Positions 50,881-58,242 of a stretch of DNA of 64,000 nt are shown piece after piece. The notes below the pieces were generated by a model, which worked only from the letters and a program-made list of their open reading frames with translations, was not told the origin of the DNA and searched no databases. How positions within the stretch are numbered: position 1 is the stretch's first letter; the number at the start of each line of letters is the position of its first letter. Origin of the DNA: an uncultured Gammaproteobacteria bacterium (GTDB lineage: Bacteria > Patescibacteriota > Patescibacteriia > UBA9934); contig CAYFMS010000002.1 of the NCBI GenBank assembly GCA_964344415.1, positions 192,593 through 256,592 of the forward strand. Reading direction: 5' to 3'. The translations under genes were made by a program, and so were the position numbers.

Positions 50881-52071
50881 TTACGCAGATTTGCGCCTAC
50901 GGGCATCGAAAATGGCGTCGATCACCGCATCTGTCTTTGGACGGCGGTGTGAGTAAATCTCGTCAGCCATCTCTGGGACCTTGTTTGCTAGGCGCTGAAG
51001 ATCGTCTTCTTTCAAAGTGAAACGTTCGATCAGGCACCGAACAGCTTCTTCCATTCGGACCTGTGTGCGTATGCATAGCCACAGGGCGCGTTCGCTTGCG
51101 ATGTTCAGATCTATGAGACTTGCTGCTTGTTTACGGTATTCAAGACTGCGTCCAAAGTCGAGAATTTCAGCAAGACAATCCGGATCCGTGCAGTTACGCC
51201 GAAGCAACTCTTCGCTAGCAATGTCGCTAAATCCGCTTAACACGGTAGTAGACAAGACCACGTCACTTGGATCAAGAGAGAGAAAGGTCTGCCACAGCAT
51301 TTCATCGAGCTCTCGTACTTTACGAAACCACTTTGCAAAAACGACAGGGTCATCGCAACCGTTGAAGAGCTTCTGTTTGGCGTCTTCACGGAGCTCTTCG
51401 CTCATATTACCGATCCAAAGAAGTTGATCTTCGCTGAAGTTGTGGTCACGCAGAAACCGACGCGCTCGATCCAGTAGCTCCGGAACCCTTGCGATATCCT
51501 TTAGCTCGTACATCCCGATCCCCCTGACTTCTAGTATCTGCCAGGCCTGTTCCCTGAATTCTGGACAGTGTATCGCCACACGAGTCAGGTGCGTGAGGTC
51601 TACTACATCAAGCTTGAGCTGTTTCCATGCACGTCCACGCAGGTCTGTAAAATGTCTCATGATCTGCGTGACTGCCCAGTTACAGCGAAGTCGACGCGGA
51701 TCGGCCCTGCCGAGCAACCAATTCGTGAAACGTTCCCACAACGTAAGCTCGAGATCCTCGAGGTAGTCGAGAACCGCTTCGGCAATGGATCGCGTGCTCG
51801 GCAGATCGTTGTCAATGGAAATCGCTAGATCGGTGCCGTTCATATCCGCCGCCATCAGTTGCGCCGCGTGTTGACGGAACAGCGAGCATCCTCGCACCAC
51901 ATCTCTCAGCGTATGACAGTTGATACCTTGAATCAAGGTTAATCGCCAGGCTTCCCGACAAATGTGTTCAGGAACATCGTCCCGAACGAAGTAGCTGTAG
52001 TGCCAGTTCTTGGCTCCAGGTTCGCTGTTGAGTAGCGCAGTCCAGAGTTCCTCTGCTGTTTGTTCGTCCAT
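50881..52071 (-). CDS. Hypothetical protein (396 aa), all-alpha, Trp/Leu/Arg-rich; compositionally foreign (GC-rich) gene
   Basis: The ORF is visibly much GC-richer than its flanks (which resemble the rest of the window), and several spurious antisense ORFs co-occur in it. No recognisable catalytic motifs. Confidence 0.5.
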   Translation of the reverse strand: MDEQTAEELWTALLNSEPGAKNWHYSYFVRDDVPEHICREAWRLTLIQGINCHTLRDVVRGCSLFRQHAAQLMAADMNGTDLAISIDNDLPSTRSIAEAVLDYLEDLELTLWERFTNWLLGRADPRRLRCNWAVTQIMRHFTDLRGRAWKQLKLDVVDLTHLTRVAIHCPEFREQAWQILEVRGIGMYELKDIARVPELLDRARRFLRDHNFSEDQLLWIGNMSEELREDAKQKLFNGCDDPVVFAKWFRKVRELDEMLWQTFLSLDPSDVVLSTTVLSGFSDIASEELLRRNCTDPDCLAEILDFGRSLEYRKQAASLIDLNIASERALWLCIRTQVRMEEAVRCLIERFTLKEDDLQRLANKVPEMADEIYSHRRPKTDAVIDAIFDARRRKSA

Positions 52072-52211
52072 TCGGCCTCCAAAAGAGCATTGTAAAATTT
52101 TTAATTCGTGTGAGTATTTTGAACGCTCAACGAATAAATTATAGCAAGAATATACTTATGTCAATAAAAGGTCAGGCTTAGCACAGCCAAATAAAAATCC
52201 TCCGCACAAGA

Positions 52212-52280
52212 CGGTGAATTTTTATTGGCTCCCAACATTACGTGTTTACCGAACTGGTGAGTATCTACCAAGCGGTGAAG
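52212..52280. repeat. Degenerate tRNA-3'-half-like remnant R2
   Basis: ttggctcccaacattacgtgtttaccgaactggtgagtat, similar to R1; same orientation. Confidence 0.4.
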
Positions 52281-52314
52281 TTGAGCATGCCACGCATTCA
52301 AAGCTGTATGTTCG

Positions 52315-52965
52315 CTATTTCGCAATAAGATGTTTATCAAACCCTTGATCAACAAGATGCTGGTAGGCCTCTAATACGTTGTCTGGTATTTCTTGCGAGA
52401 TCTGGAACCCCTTATCAGGGTATTCGATGATTCTTTGAAGATCGCCAACCATAATGTTTACAAAAGCATCTGTATCAATCGATCCATCATCATAGTCTTC
52501 AAAGTTCAGCTCTGGAGATGCAAGAATCAATTCTTTCTCAGGCCAATGCACTTTTCCAGTTGCATACGCACGGCGCTCCATATACGGCTTCGTGACAATA
52601 ATCGCACTTGAAAATTCGATGCCTTTTTCTGTGAGCAGCTCACCACTCAGTTTGAAGTTGTCGCCAGTATTTCGCGCTTCTTTCTCAAGAATGATGCTGT
52701 CATCCGGAACTCCCGCCTTTATCATCACATCAGCAAACTCTTCCGCCTCAGTTCGTTTCCATCCAGTATCAAGTAGGTCGCCAATGTGAGCCATGCCACC
52801 AGAAACGACTACTATGGGTGCTAAACCTTTTTTGAACAAATCAGCAGCATACTCTGCTACACGGATATCGTGACTACCTAAAACAAGGATAATGTCAGCC
52901 TTCTCAAGCAACTGATTGAGTTGATGATATTTGTAGAGCAATTTCGCGCTTTCCGCTATATCCAT
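52315..52965 (-). CDS. DUF218/YdcF-family protein
   Basis: ADIILVLGSHDIRVAEYAADLFKKGLAPIVVVSGG is the canonical DUF218 core. 216 aa; last gene of a 5-gene minus-strand operon. Confidence 0.65.
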   Translation of the reverse strand: MDIAESAKLLYKYHQLNQLLEKADIILVLGSHDIRVAEYAADLFKKGLAPIVVVSGGMAHIGDLLDTGWKRTEAEEFADVMIKAGVPDDSIILEKEARNTGDNFKLSGELLTEKGIEFSSAIIVTKPYMERRAYATGKVHWPEKELILASPELNFEDYDDGSIDTDAFVNIMVGDLQRIIEYPDKGFQISQEIPDNVLEAYQHLVDQGFDKHLIAK

Positions 52966-52966
52966 A

Positions 52967-53320
52967 CTAGAAATCTTCTTTGAAGTCTGCTTGAATCGAG
53001 AGTTCCTCTCCCTTTTTTATATCTCTCAAAGCAACATCAGCATCTAGCTCGTAGTCCACGTATACATTCGGGTCTTCGTATCGATTTACGTGTCGTTCTG
53101 GGTCTGGGTAGTAATAAATGATTCCATATCTTTTGTGTGTAAAGTGTTTCTCAGACGCAGGAAGATTCTTGAACTCTTCTTCCGTGAGAGTCTTCAAATT
53201 GTACTGAATCACCACTTCACCCTTCTTGAAATCTCGAAACGCAAATACACCAAGCCCATCATTGAATTGACCAATGCCAGACTCCCTAATTTCAACATCT
53301 CCGAAAATTTGTTTATTCAT
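52967..53320 (-). CDS. SET-domain protein (small bacterial SET, putative lysine methyltransferase)
   Basis: GLGVFAFRDFKKGEVV (SET-N), HVNRYEDPNV (NHSCxPN-like) and EELSIQADFKE (post-SET-like ELTFDY). The start is set at internal MNKQIFGD, which avoids overlap with the upstream gene. Confidence 0.55.
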   Translation of the reverse strand: MNKQIFGDVEIRESGIGQFNDGLGVFAFRDFKKGEVVIQYNLKTLTEEEFKNLPASEKHFTHKRYGIIYYYPDPERHVNRYEDPNVYVDYELDADVALRDIKKGEELSIQADFKEDF

Positions 53321-53336
53321 AGTACTGGTTAGTATA

Positions 53337-54287
53337 TCAACTACTTGAGAGAGAAAAATCCTTGTACATAAGGTCACATAAACAATCATGAAGCCTATTC
53401 ATATTCTCAACATCCTCTCTGGTGAATGTATGGTTAGGAGAAAGTGATGCACCGTGAACAAGGCCCTTGTTATTTCTTAGATGATTCCATGCATGTACAT
53501 GGCTTAAATAATATCCAAATCCTTTTCCAAGACTCTTTAAAAACTCCTGCACCCTATCCTTTGTTACACCTTTGTTATTTATATTTCCGGGCGTCAACTT
53601 TCTTTTTAAAGCTTTTTTCTGTGAGTCAGACAAACCCAACTCCTCAATCTGTAAGACCGTATTTTCTATAATGCTATTCAACTTACTCCAATTAGCACTT
53701 TCTTTTCTTTTATCGACAATGGAGGTTTTTACACTTTCTGTTTTAGATAAATGCTCTATTAGAGCATACTCACTCATAAATCTAACATCAGCAATTGCAA
53801 GGGTATTGATTTGAAGCATTGGGAGTAGCATTTTTCTAAAAAAATGACTCTCTTTTAGTCGGGCTAGTCCGTGCTCAATGGTCGCTACAGGATGAGCGAA
53901 TAGATGTTTTCTATTTCTATTGATTTGACAACCTCCTCCTAGGTTGAAATTTTTTGGAATAGCAGAGAATGGAAAATCATTGTTATGAAATAAAATGGTC
54001 ACATTATCAGCCAGTAAATATGATAGTACGAGTGAGATTCTCCATAGTAAATCCTTATCTTCATCCTCTAATGTTACAGTCAGAACTAATGTGTTGTACC
54101 GAACAAGCTGCAGCTCAAGCTCTCCCTTAAAGATATTAAAGGTGAACTGCGTTCCGGTGTTAAGCACTTCTTTCTGCTTGCTTGGAATACTACCTAACTC
54201 ATATTTCATTTTCAGCAACTTACCAGTCTCCTCAAGATAAATCTGTCGCTCTCTGTGTAGATTGAACAAGTTGCGCACCTCGGGCAT
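53337..54287 (-). CDS. Hypothetical protein (316 aa) with C-terminal Rx6H (HEPN-like) motif; candidate Abi/HEPN-type protein
   Basis: C-terminal SHVHAWNHLRNNKGLVHGASL contains R-x6-H, as in HEPN nuclease motifs. No other family recognised. Third gene of the operon. Confidence 0.35.
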   Translation of the reverse strand: MPEVRNLFNLHRERQIYLEETGKLLKMKYELGSIPSKQKEVLNTGTQFTFNIFKGELELQLVRYNTLVLTVTLEDEDKDLLWRISLVLSYLLADNVTILFHNNDFPFSAIPKNFNLGGGCQINRNRKHLFAHPVATIEHGLARLKESHFFRKMLLPMLQINTLAIADVRFMSEYALIEHLSKTESVKTSIVDKRKESANWSKLNSIIENTVLQIEELGLSDSQKKALKRKLTPGNINNKGVTKDRVQEFLKSLGKGFGYYLSHVHAWNHLRNNKGLVHGASLSPNHTFTREDVENMNRLHDCLCDLMYKDFSLSSS

Positions 54288-54302
54288 ACAAGTTTACAAG
54301 CA

Positions 54303-55196
54303 CTATACTGCTTGATGGTTTGATGAATACTTATCTGTCAGCAAAGTAACAGCACCTTCATTGAAGAAGAAATACAAGTTTCCGTTTGAACGTGTAGAGA
54401 ATACCTTTCCGAGGTACTCCTGTTTATTATCAATCGTGTTGTAGCGTAAACCTCCGGCGTATGAAGAATATTGAGAAGCAATATCCGTACCCTGTTTCTC
54501 TGATTCTGATGCTTTTGACAGCACAATAGCACCAACCTCTCCCGTTAAATCAAAAAGAGATTTAGGAAATCCAGATTTATGGCCGTGATGAGGTGCCACC
54601 AGAATGTCTAAGCCATTTTTCATTGTTCTAATAAAATCCTTGTCATTGGCTGCAAGCCAGTCCCATCCAGCCTGCTCAAGGTCACCACCAAATAGAATAC
54701 GAACGTTTCCATACCTCACGTACCTCAAGATGCTAGAGTTATTTTTCTGTTTATCATTGAGCTCCGAATTGCTCTTAACCTGATGCATTGGGATGAGGAA
54801 GACTCTGTTTTCGTGAAATCCCCAGCCGTCGAACTTAATTGAGGCACCTCGATATCGTAAATCGATATGGTTTTTATATTCGTCATGAATATTTTCACCA
54901 ACATCAAATGATTCATGTCGTCTACGGTGAACGAGGTAAGGCGACAATTTTTCAGAAACCTTTTTCGCATTCTTTACATGGTCATCATCTGGATGGGTAA
55001 CGTGCAGTAGCGTTAGGTCGTACCCATTATAACTTTTCATTTTCAAAAAACTGTCCTTCAAGTGAAGCACTCGGTCTACGGGGCAATCCTTTTCCGCGTT
55101 ACTTCCACAATCAATCATCATGCTATATCCGTTTGGACAAACACATAGATTGCATGCAGCGTTATTTACATCAAAGACAACTAATTTTGCACTCAT
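54303..55196 (-). CDS. Standalone ComEC/Rec2-type metallo-beta-lactamase-fold nuclease domain protein
   Basis: Matches the ComEC C-terminal domain pattern: VFDVNNAACNLCV...MMIDCGS, LLHVTHPDDDHV (HxDxDH), ILFGGDLE and ILVAPHHGHKSG (PHHGS motif). The start is set at internal MSAKL, which gives an ATGA overlap with the upstream membrane-protein gene. Confidence 0.7.
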   Translation of the reverse strand: MSAKLVVFDVNNAACNLCVCPNGYSMMIDCGSNAEKDCPVDRVLHLKDSFLKMKSYNGYDLTLLHVTHPDDDHVKNAKKVSEKLSPYLVHRRRHESFDVGENIHDEYKNHIDLRYRGASIKFDGWGFHENRVFLIPMHQVKSNSELNDKQKNNSSILRYVRYGNVRILFGGDLEQAGWDWLAANDKDFIRTMKNGLDILVAPHHGHKSGFPKSLFDLTGEVGAIVLSKASESEKQGTDIASQYSSYAGGLRYNTIDNKQEYLGKVFSTRSNGNLYFFFNEGAVTLLTDKYSSNHQAV

Positions 55197-55858
55197 ATCT
55201 TTCTCTTTAAATTCAACTGAATAATTTTGTGTACCAATCCTCTTGCAACTCCACGGGCTCTCCAGAGAAAAATTAGTGCTATAGCGAAAGCAATGACGCT
55301 TAGTTCTCGATAATCCTGAGTAAATAAAAGCAAGCCAACAAGCAAGAAGACGAGGAAGATTACGCGACAAAAAAGATACGAAGCGTTCGACTGAACTATT
55401 TCTGAAGTGCTGGAAACCTTGCTATATAGCCTCCAAAATATGCTCTGTGACAAATCGTCAGCCTGCTTTGTATCATCGCCCTTAAAGATGAGAGGAATAT
55501 CTGAATACTCTCGGTCAATCAAAGCTCTTTCGTTTGTATTAAGGTCAAGCAACTTCAACAACTCTTCACGTTTGTAATCACTCTTGAGTACAGGGTTCTG
55601 CTTATATAAAAAGACCTTGGAAGGCCTTCTCATGCGAAAGAAAATATCAACAAAAAATTCAAGGGAGTGGGCAAGTGTTTGTAAAACTTCGCCGGCAATA
55701 AAAGCGGCACAAAAGAATAGGAAAGTATAAAGAAAGTCTAAGTCCTGATTAAAGTACACGGAAAACGTTTCGCTATATAGTGCCAGTGCCACTCCTAGCA
55801 GGAGACCGCCCGGCATAACTCTAATCATTAAGTCTTCAAAACTGAATTTGTCCAACAT
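55193..55858 (-). CDS. Hypothetical membrane protein (221 aa, 2+2 TM), first gene of the island operon
   Basis: Hydrophobic helices at both ends with a charged central region; its stop overlaps the MBL-gene start (ATGA). Confidence 0.4.
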   Translation of the reverse strand: MLDKFSFEDLMIRVMPGGLLLGVALALYSETFSVYFNQDLDFLYTFLFFCAAFIAGEVLQTLAHSLEFFVDIFFRMRRPSKVFLYKQNPVLKSDYKREELLKLLDLNTNERALIDREYSDIPLIFKGDDTKQADDLSQSIFWRLYSKVSSTSEIVQSNASYLFCRVIFLVFLLVGLLLFTQDYRELSVIAFAIALIFLWRARGVARGLVHKIIQLNLKRKI

Positions 55859-55924
55859 ATTTAATCTAATTTTGGTAATACTGCTTGTACGACTCCTTGA
55901 ATGCTATTAAAGGGGTCAGGTCTC

Positions 55925-55950
55925 ACGTCGTTCGTGAACGACGTGAGGTC
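55925..55950. other. Perfect 12-bp-stem hairpin (ctcacgtcgttc gtga acgacgtgag) upstream of the island operon
   Basis: Inverted repeat seen directly in sequence. It sits in the operon's 5' flank, so it is more likely an operator or structured leader than a terminator. Confidence 0.4.
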
Positions 55951-56099
55951 GTTTATTGTCGCTTTTTTTGTAAAATAAAGTCATGGCACGACCTCCTAGA
56001 ATAGAATATAACGGAGCTCTCTATCATGCAATGTCGCGTGGACTGTCCTACCTCCTTCAAAGTAAAATAAAAACAATCCCTGATGGGATTATTTTTATT

Positions 56100-56265
56100 T
56101 GGCTCTGGGGGTGATATATAGCCTCGCTCTATACAAACCTTTGGTTTGACCGCTCGGCAGGATCCCACCCCAGCATCTGTTCCATAAATACCCAGAACAT
56201 CTGCACAGCCTGACGGCTGTTAAGCCAAAAGAAAACAACCCTGACGGGTTGCATTCTTTTGGCTC
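56100..56265. repeat. 166-bp direct repeat DR2, immediately abutting (6-nt overlap) the tRNA-Asn 3' end
   Basis: Near-identical to DR1. The layout is ...tggctctgggggtg-DR body-ttttggctc | tgggggtgggattcgaaccc (tRNA). Confidence 0.85.
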
Positions 56266-56616
56266 TGGGGGTGGGATTCGAACCCACGACCAATTGGTTA
56301 CACGTAATCCTATAGTTTCCTATAAGCATGGACTATATCATCATCCTTCTCAATGAGTGAGGATGCGAGGCGCTTCGAGTCTTGCGACCCTACTCCATAA
56401 AGGATAGTCTCTGAACCGGCCTTCGCCAAGGCTTCGTCCGACAGGTCTTCCTGCTCGGTCCTTGATGAAGGATTGGCTGCTGATTGCCATATTCTTTCGA
56501 ATGAAGGTTTCCAGCAATTCACCTCGTTTTCATTCCACTGTTTCCAGTGGAAGCTGCGTTAGGCGCTCGATTGAGCTGTGCCACAGCCAACTGCTCTGCC
56601 ACTGAGCTACCCCAGA
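56260..56616 (-). tRNA. tRNA-Asn(GUU) interrupted by a group I intron in the anticodon loop (exons 56584-56616 and 56260-56300)
   Basis: 5' exon TCTGGGGTAGCTCAGTGGCAGAGCAGTTGGCTGT. 3' exon TAACCAATTGGTCGTGGGTTCGAATCCCACCCCCAGAGCCA. The spliced product has a canonical cloverleaf with anticodon loop CUGUUAA and a T-arm GTGGG-TTCGAAT-CCCAC, with CCA encoded. It is close to bacterial tRNA-Asn sequences. Confidence 0.8.
56301..56582 (-). ncRNA. Group I self-splicing intron (282 nt) inserted between anticodon positions 35 and 36 of tRNA-Asn
   Basis: Conserved group I core elements are present. P-like GAAUUGCUGGAAA, Q-like AAUCAGCAGCC, R GUUCAGAGACUA, S AUAUAGUCC. A P2 hairpin has a GAAA tetraloop (CCACUG-GAAA-CAGUGG). 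A P9 hairpin has a GAAA tetraloop (CUUAUAG-GAAA-CUAUAGG). The intron ends in a G (omegaG). The 5' exon ends in U with a candidate IGS GCAGCU. Confidence 0.75.
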
Positions 56617-56858
56617 TTATTATCTCGTATTCGTTTTAGAAACTCTTTTCCGTAGCCCGATTTTAGGTATCTTTCCCTTGCTCGCGCCGAGGGTCTATCA
56701 GTTACCTGTTCGGTGTACAGCAGAGTCCATGGTCGGTAGGCTTTCGTAGAAGAAACCCTACCAGCGTTGTGCTCCGATATTCTACGTTCGATATTTCCTG
56801 AAAAGCCCACATAAATTCTACCATCATGTTGACTTGCAATTGCGTAAACGTGATACAT
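56607..56858 (-). CDS. GIY-YIG nuclease-domain protein (UPF0213/YhbQ-like, 83 aa)
   Basis: YHVYAIASQHDGRIYVGFSGNIERRISEHNAG...KAYRPWTLLYTEQ...ARARERYLKS matches the GIY-YIG (GIY...YVG...R...H...E) YhbQ-type pattern. Its last 10 nt overlap the 5' end of tRNA-Asn. Confidence 0.7.
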   Translation of the reverse strand: MYHVYAIASQHDGRIYVGFSGNIERRISEHNAGRVSSTKAYRPWTLLYTEQVTDRPSARARERYLKSGYGKEFLKRIRDNNLG

Positions 56859-56873
56859 ATTTTGTTAACTGCT

Positions 56874-56894
56874 CCCTGCCTGCCGGCAGGCAGG
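56874..56894. repeat. Perfect GC-rich palindrome ccctgcctgccggcaggcagg(g), copy 1
   Basis: Inverted repeat seen directly in sequence. A second, complete copy lies at 60183-60204. Confidence 0.7.
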
Positions 56895-56914
56895 TGCCAC
56901 TGAGCTACCCCAGA
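56895..56914 (-). repeat. Duplicated 20-nt fragment of the tRNA-Asn 5' end (tgccactgagctaccccaga)
   Basis: Identical to 56597-56616 (tRNA positions 1-20). It lies 280 bp upstream of the real tRNA start, on the far side of the GIY-YIG ORF. Confidence 0.7.
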
Positions 56915-56994
56915 ATTTCAAATTGTGAACATTTTTCAAAAGAACGGTGACGAAATGGTATCATGCATTTTAGTAATCGTCAATAATTTATTCT

Positions 56995-57195
56995 ATGAAA
57001 AAGAAAAAAGCTTTTCTTCAATTGGCGGGTTCCATATTCGCCACTGTTGCCCTGCTCCATGCACTCCGCGTAGGCATGGAATGGGACGTTATTCTTGATT
57101 CTTATGAATTGCCTCCCGCGCTGAGTTTGTTAACAGCAGGTGTGGCAGGGACACTTGCTTATGCATTGTTTTACTATTCAAATCATAAAAAATAA
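56995..57195 (+). CDS. Small membrane protein (66 aa)
   Basis: Two hydrophobic helices; first gene of a plus-strand cluster. Confidence 0.3.
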   Translation: MKKKKAFLQLAGSIFATVALLHALRVGMEWDVILDSYELPPALSLLTAGVAGTLAYALFYYSNHKK

Positions 57196-57197
57196 GT

Positions 57198-57581
57198 ATG
57201 AATGAATCATTATTACTAGCTCAATTTATAGGTCCCGTCATGATTATCGGCGGACTGTCAATGCTCGCGAATCGACAATTCTATGTAGATCTCGGAAAGC
57301 GAATTCACAAAAGCCCCGTAGCTGTCATGTTCATGAGTTACATTGAACTTATCCTCGGTATTGGAATCGTTCTCCATCACACCACATGGGCAACTGCGCC
57401 AGAAGTCATTGTGAGCATTGTTGGTTGGGGCGCAATACTCGAAGCAATTCTCCTTCTCTTCATGACGAAGAATTATGAAAAGCTCATTGTTCGATTCACA
57501 AAGCCAGCTGTACTTCCATATGCAGCAATTGCTGCTCTCATTTTGGGAGTGTATATGACTTGGTTCGGTTTCTTCGCATAA
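57198..57581 (+). CDS. Hypothetical membrane protein (127 aa)
   Basis: Four predicted TM helices. Confidence 0.35.
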   Translation: MNESLLLAQFIGPVMIIGGLSMLANRQFYVDLGKRIHKSPVAVMFMSYIELILGIGIVLHHTTWATAPEVIVSIVGWGAILEAILLLFMTKNYEKLIVRFTKPAVLPYAAIAALILGVYMTWFGFFA

Positions 57582-57582
57582 T

Positions 57583-58242
57583 ATGAATTCAAAGTTATTT
57601 TTAAAGATCCTCGTATGCACGGGGATCTTTTTAATCTCGACGCATATAATCGGTCAATGGATGTTCCTACATGCCGTCATTCCAGATTTCTGGTCAGATG
57701 TTATTTTGCGATTCAATGTAGATCACGAGGCCAGCATTCCAACTTGGTTTGCGCAAACAATACTTCTCATTCTTTCCGTTCTGGGATTCGGCCTGTCTGG
57801 TACTGATAAAAAACGGAAAGGATCTTGGATGCTATTTGGTGCATTATTTTTATACCTCAGCATCGACGAGGGGTCGGAAATACATGAATTAGCCATCGAG
57901 CCATTCCAGCATGCATTCGATATTTCAAGCGGCCCGCTTTTCTTTGCTTGGGTTATCCCTGCAATTGGATTACTCGCTCTACTCGCAATTATTTTCTGGA
58001 AATTTTTCTGGTCACTTCCAAAAAAGACAAGGTTATTACTTATACTATCAGCAGTACTCTTTCTCAGCGGAGCAATTATCATGGAAATGATTTCAGGGAA
58101 TTATTGGCAAGCGCATGATTTTCAATACGACTTTACCTATCGAATCATGAATGCTATCGAGGAAGGCTTCGAATTTTCTGGCGTTATTCTTGCCATTTAT
58201 GCCCTAATGAGCTATAAGGAGTCCTTAACATCATCAAAATGA
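57583..58242 (+). CDS. Hypothetical membrane protein (219 aa)
   Basis: About 6 TM helices; its stop overlaps the start of the downstream GTPase. Confidence 0.35.
   Translation: MNSKLFLKILVCTGIFLISTHIIGQWMFLHAVIPDFWSDVILRFNVDHEASIPTWFAQTILLILSVLGFGLSGTDKKRKGSWMLFGALFLYLSIDEGSEIHELAIEPFQHAFDISSGPLFFAWVIPAIGLLALLAIIFWKFFWSLPKKTRLLLILSAVLFLSGAIIMEMISGNYWQAHDFQYDFTYRIMNAIEEGFEFSGVILAIYALMSYKESLTSSK

Larger units (their letters stand above)
50377..56265. mobile_element. Putative tRNA-Asn-associated genomic island/integration hotspot bracketed by 166-bp direct repeats (no integrase recognised; possibly a decayed or composite element)
   Basis: DR1 and DR2 are direct copies that each start with the tRNA 3'-end 14-mer. 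DR2 abuts the intact tRNA-Asn 3' end. Two further degenerate tRNA-3'-half-like remnants lie at 50522-50590 and 52212-52280. The cargo includes a compositionally foreign GC-rich ORF. Confidence 0.45.

Noticed and set aside
51017-51828. Three plus-strand ORFs (51017-51427, 51440-51766, 51568-51828) antisense to the GC-rich gene
   Set aside because: They are typical spurious antisense ORFs produced by high GC content. The minus-strand 396-aa ORF is continuous and much longer.
55953-56329. ORFs 55953-56168 (-) and 56129-56329 (-)
   Set aside because: They overlap the 166-bp direct repeat and the tRNA-Asn 3' exon; they are low complexity and carry no start context.
56310-56522. 70-aa ORF on the minus strand inside the tRNA-Asn intron
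   Set aside because: It lies entirely within the 282-nt group I intron, whose sequence is accounted for by conserved RNA structural elements (P2, P/Q, R/S, P9). It is too short to be a homing endonuclease and has no nuclease motifs.
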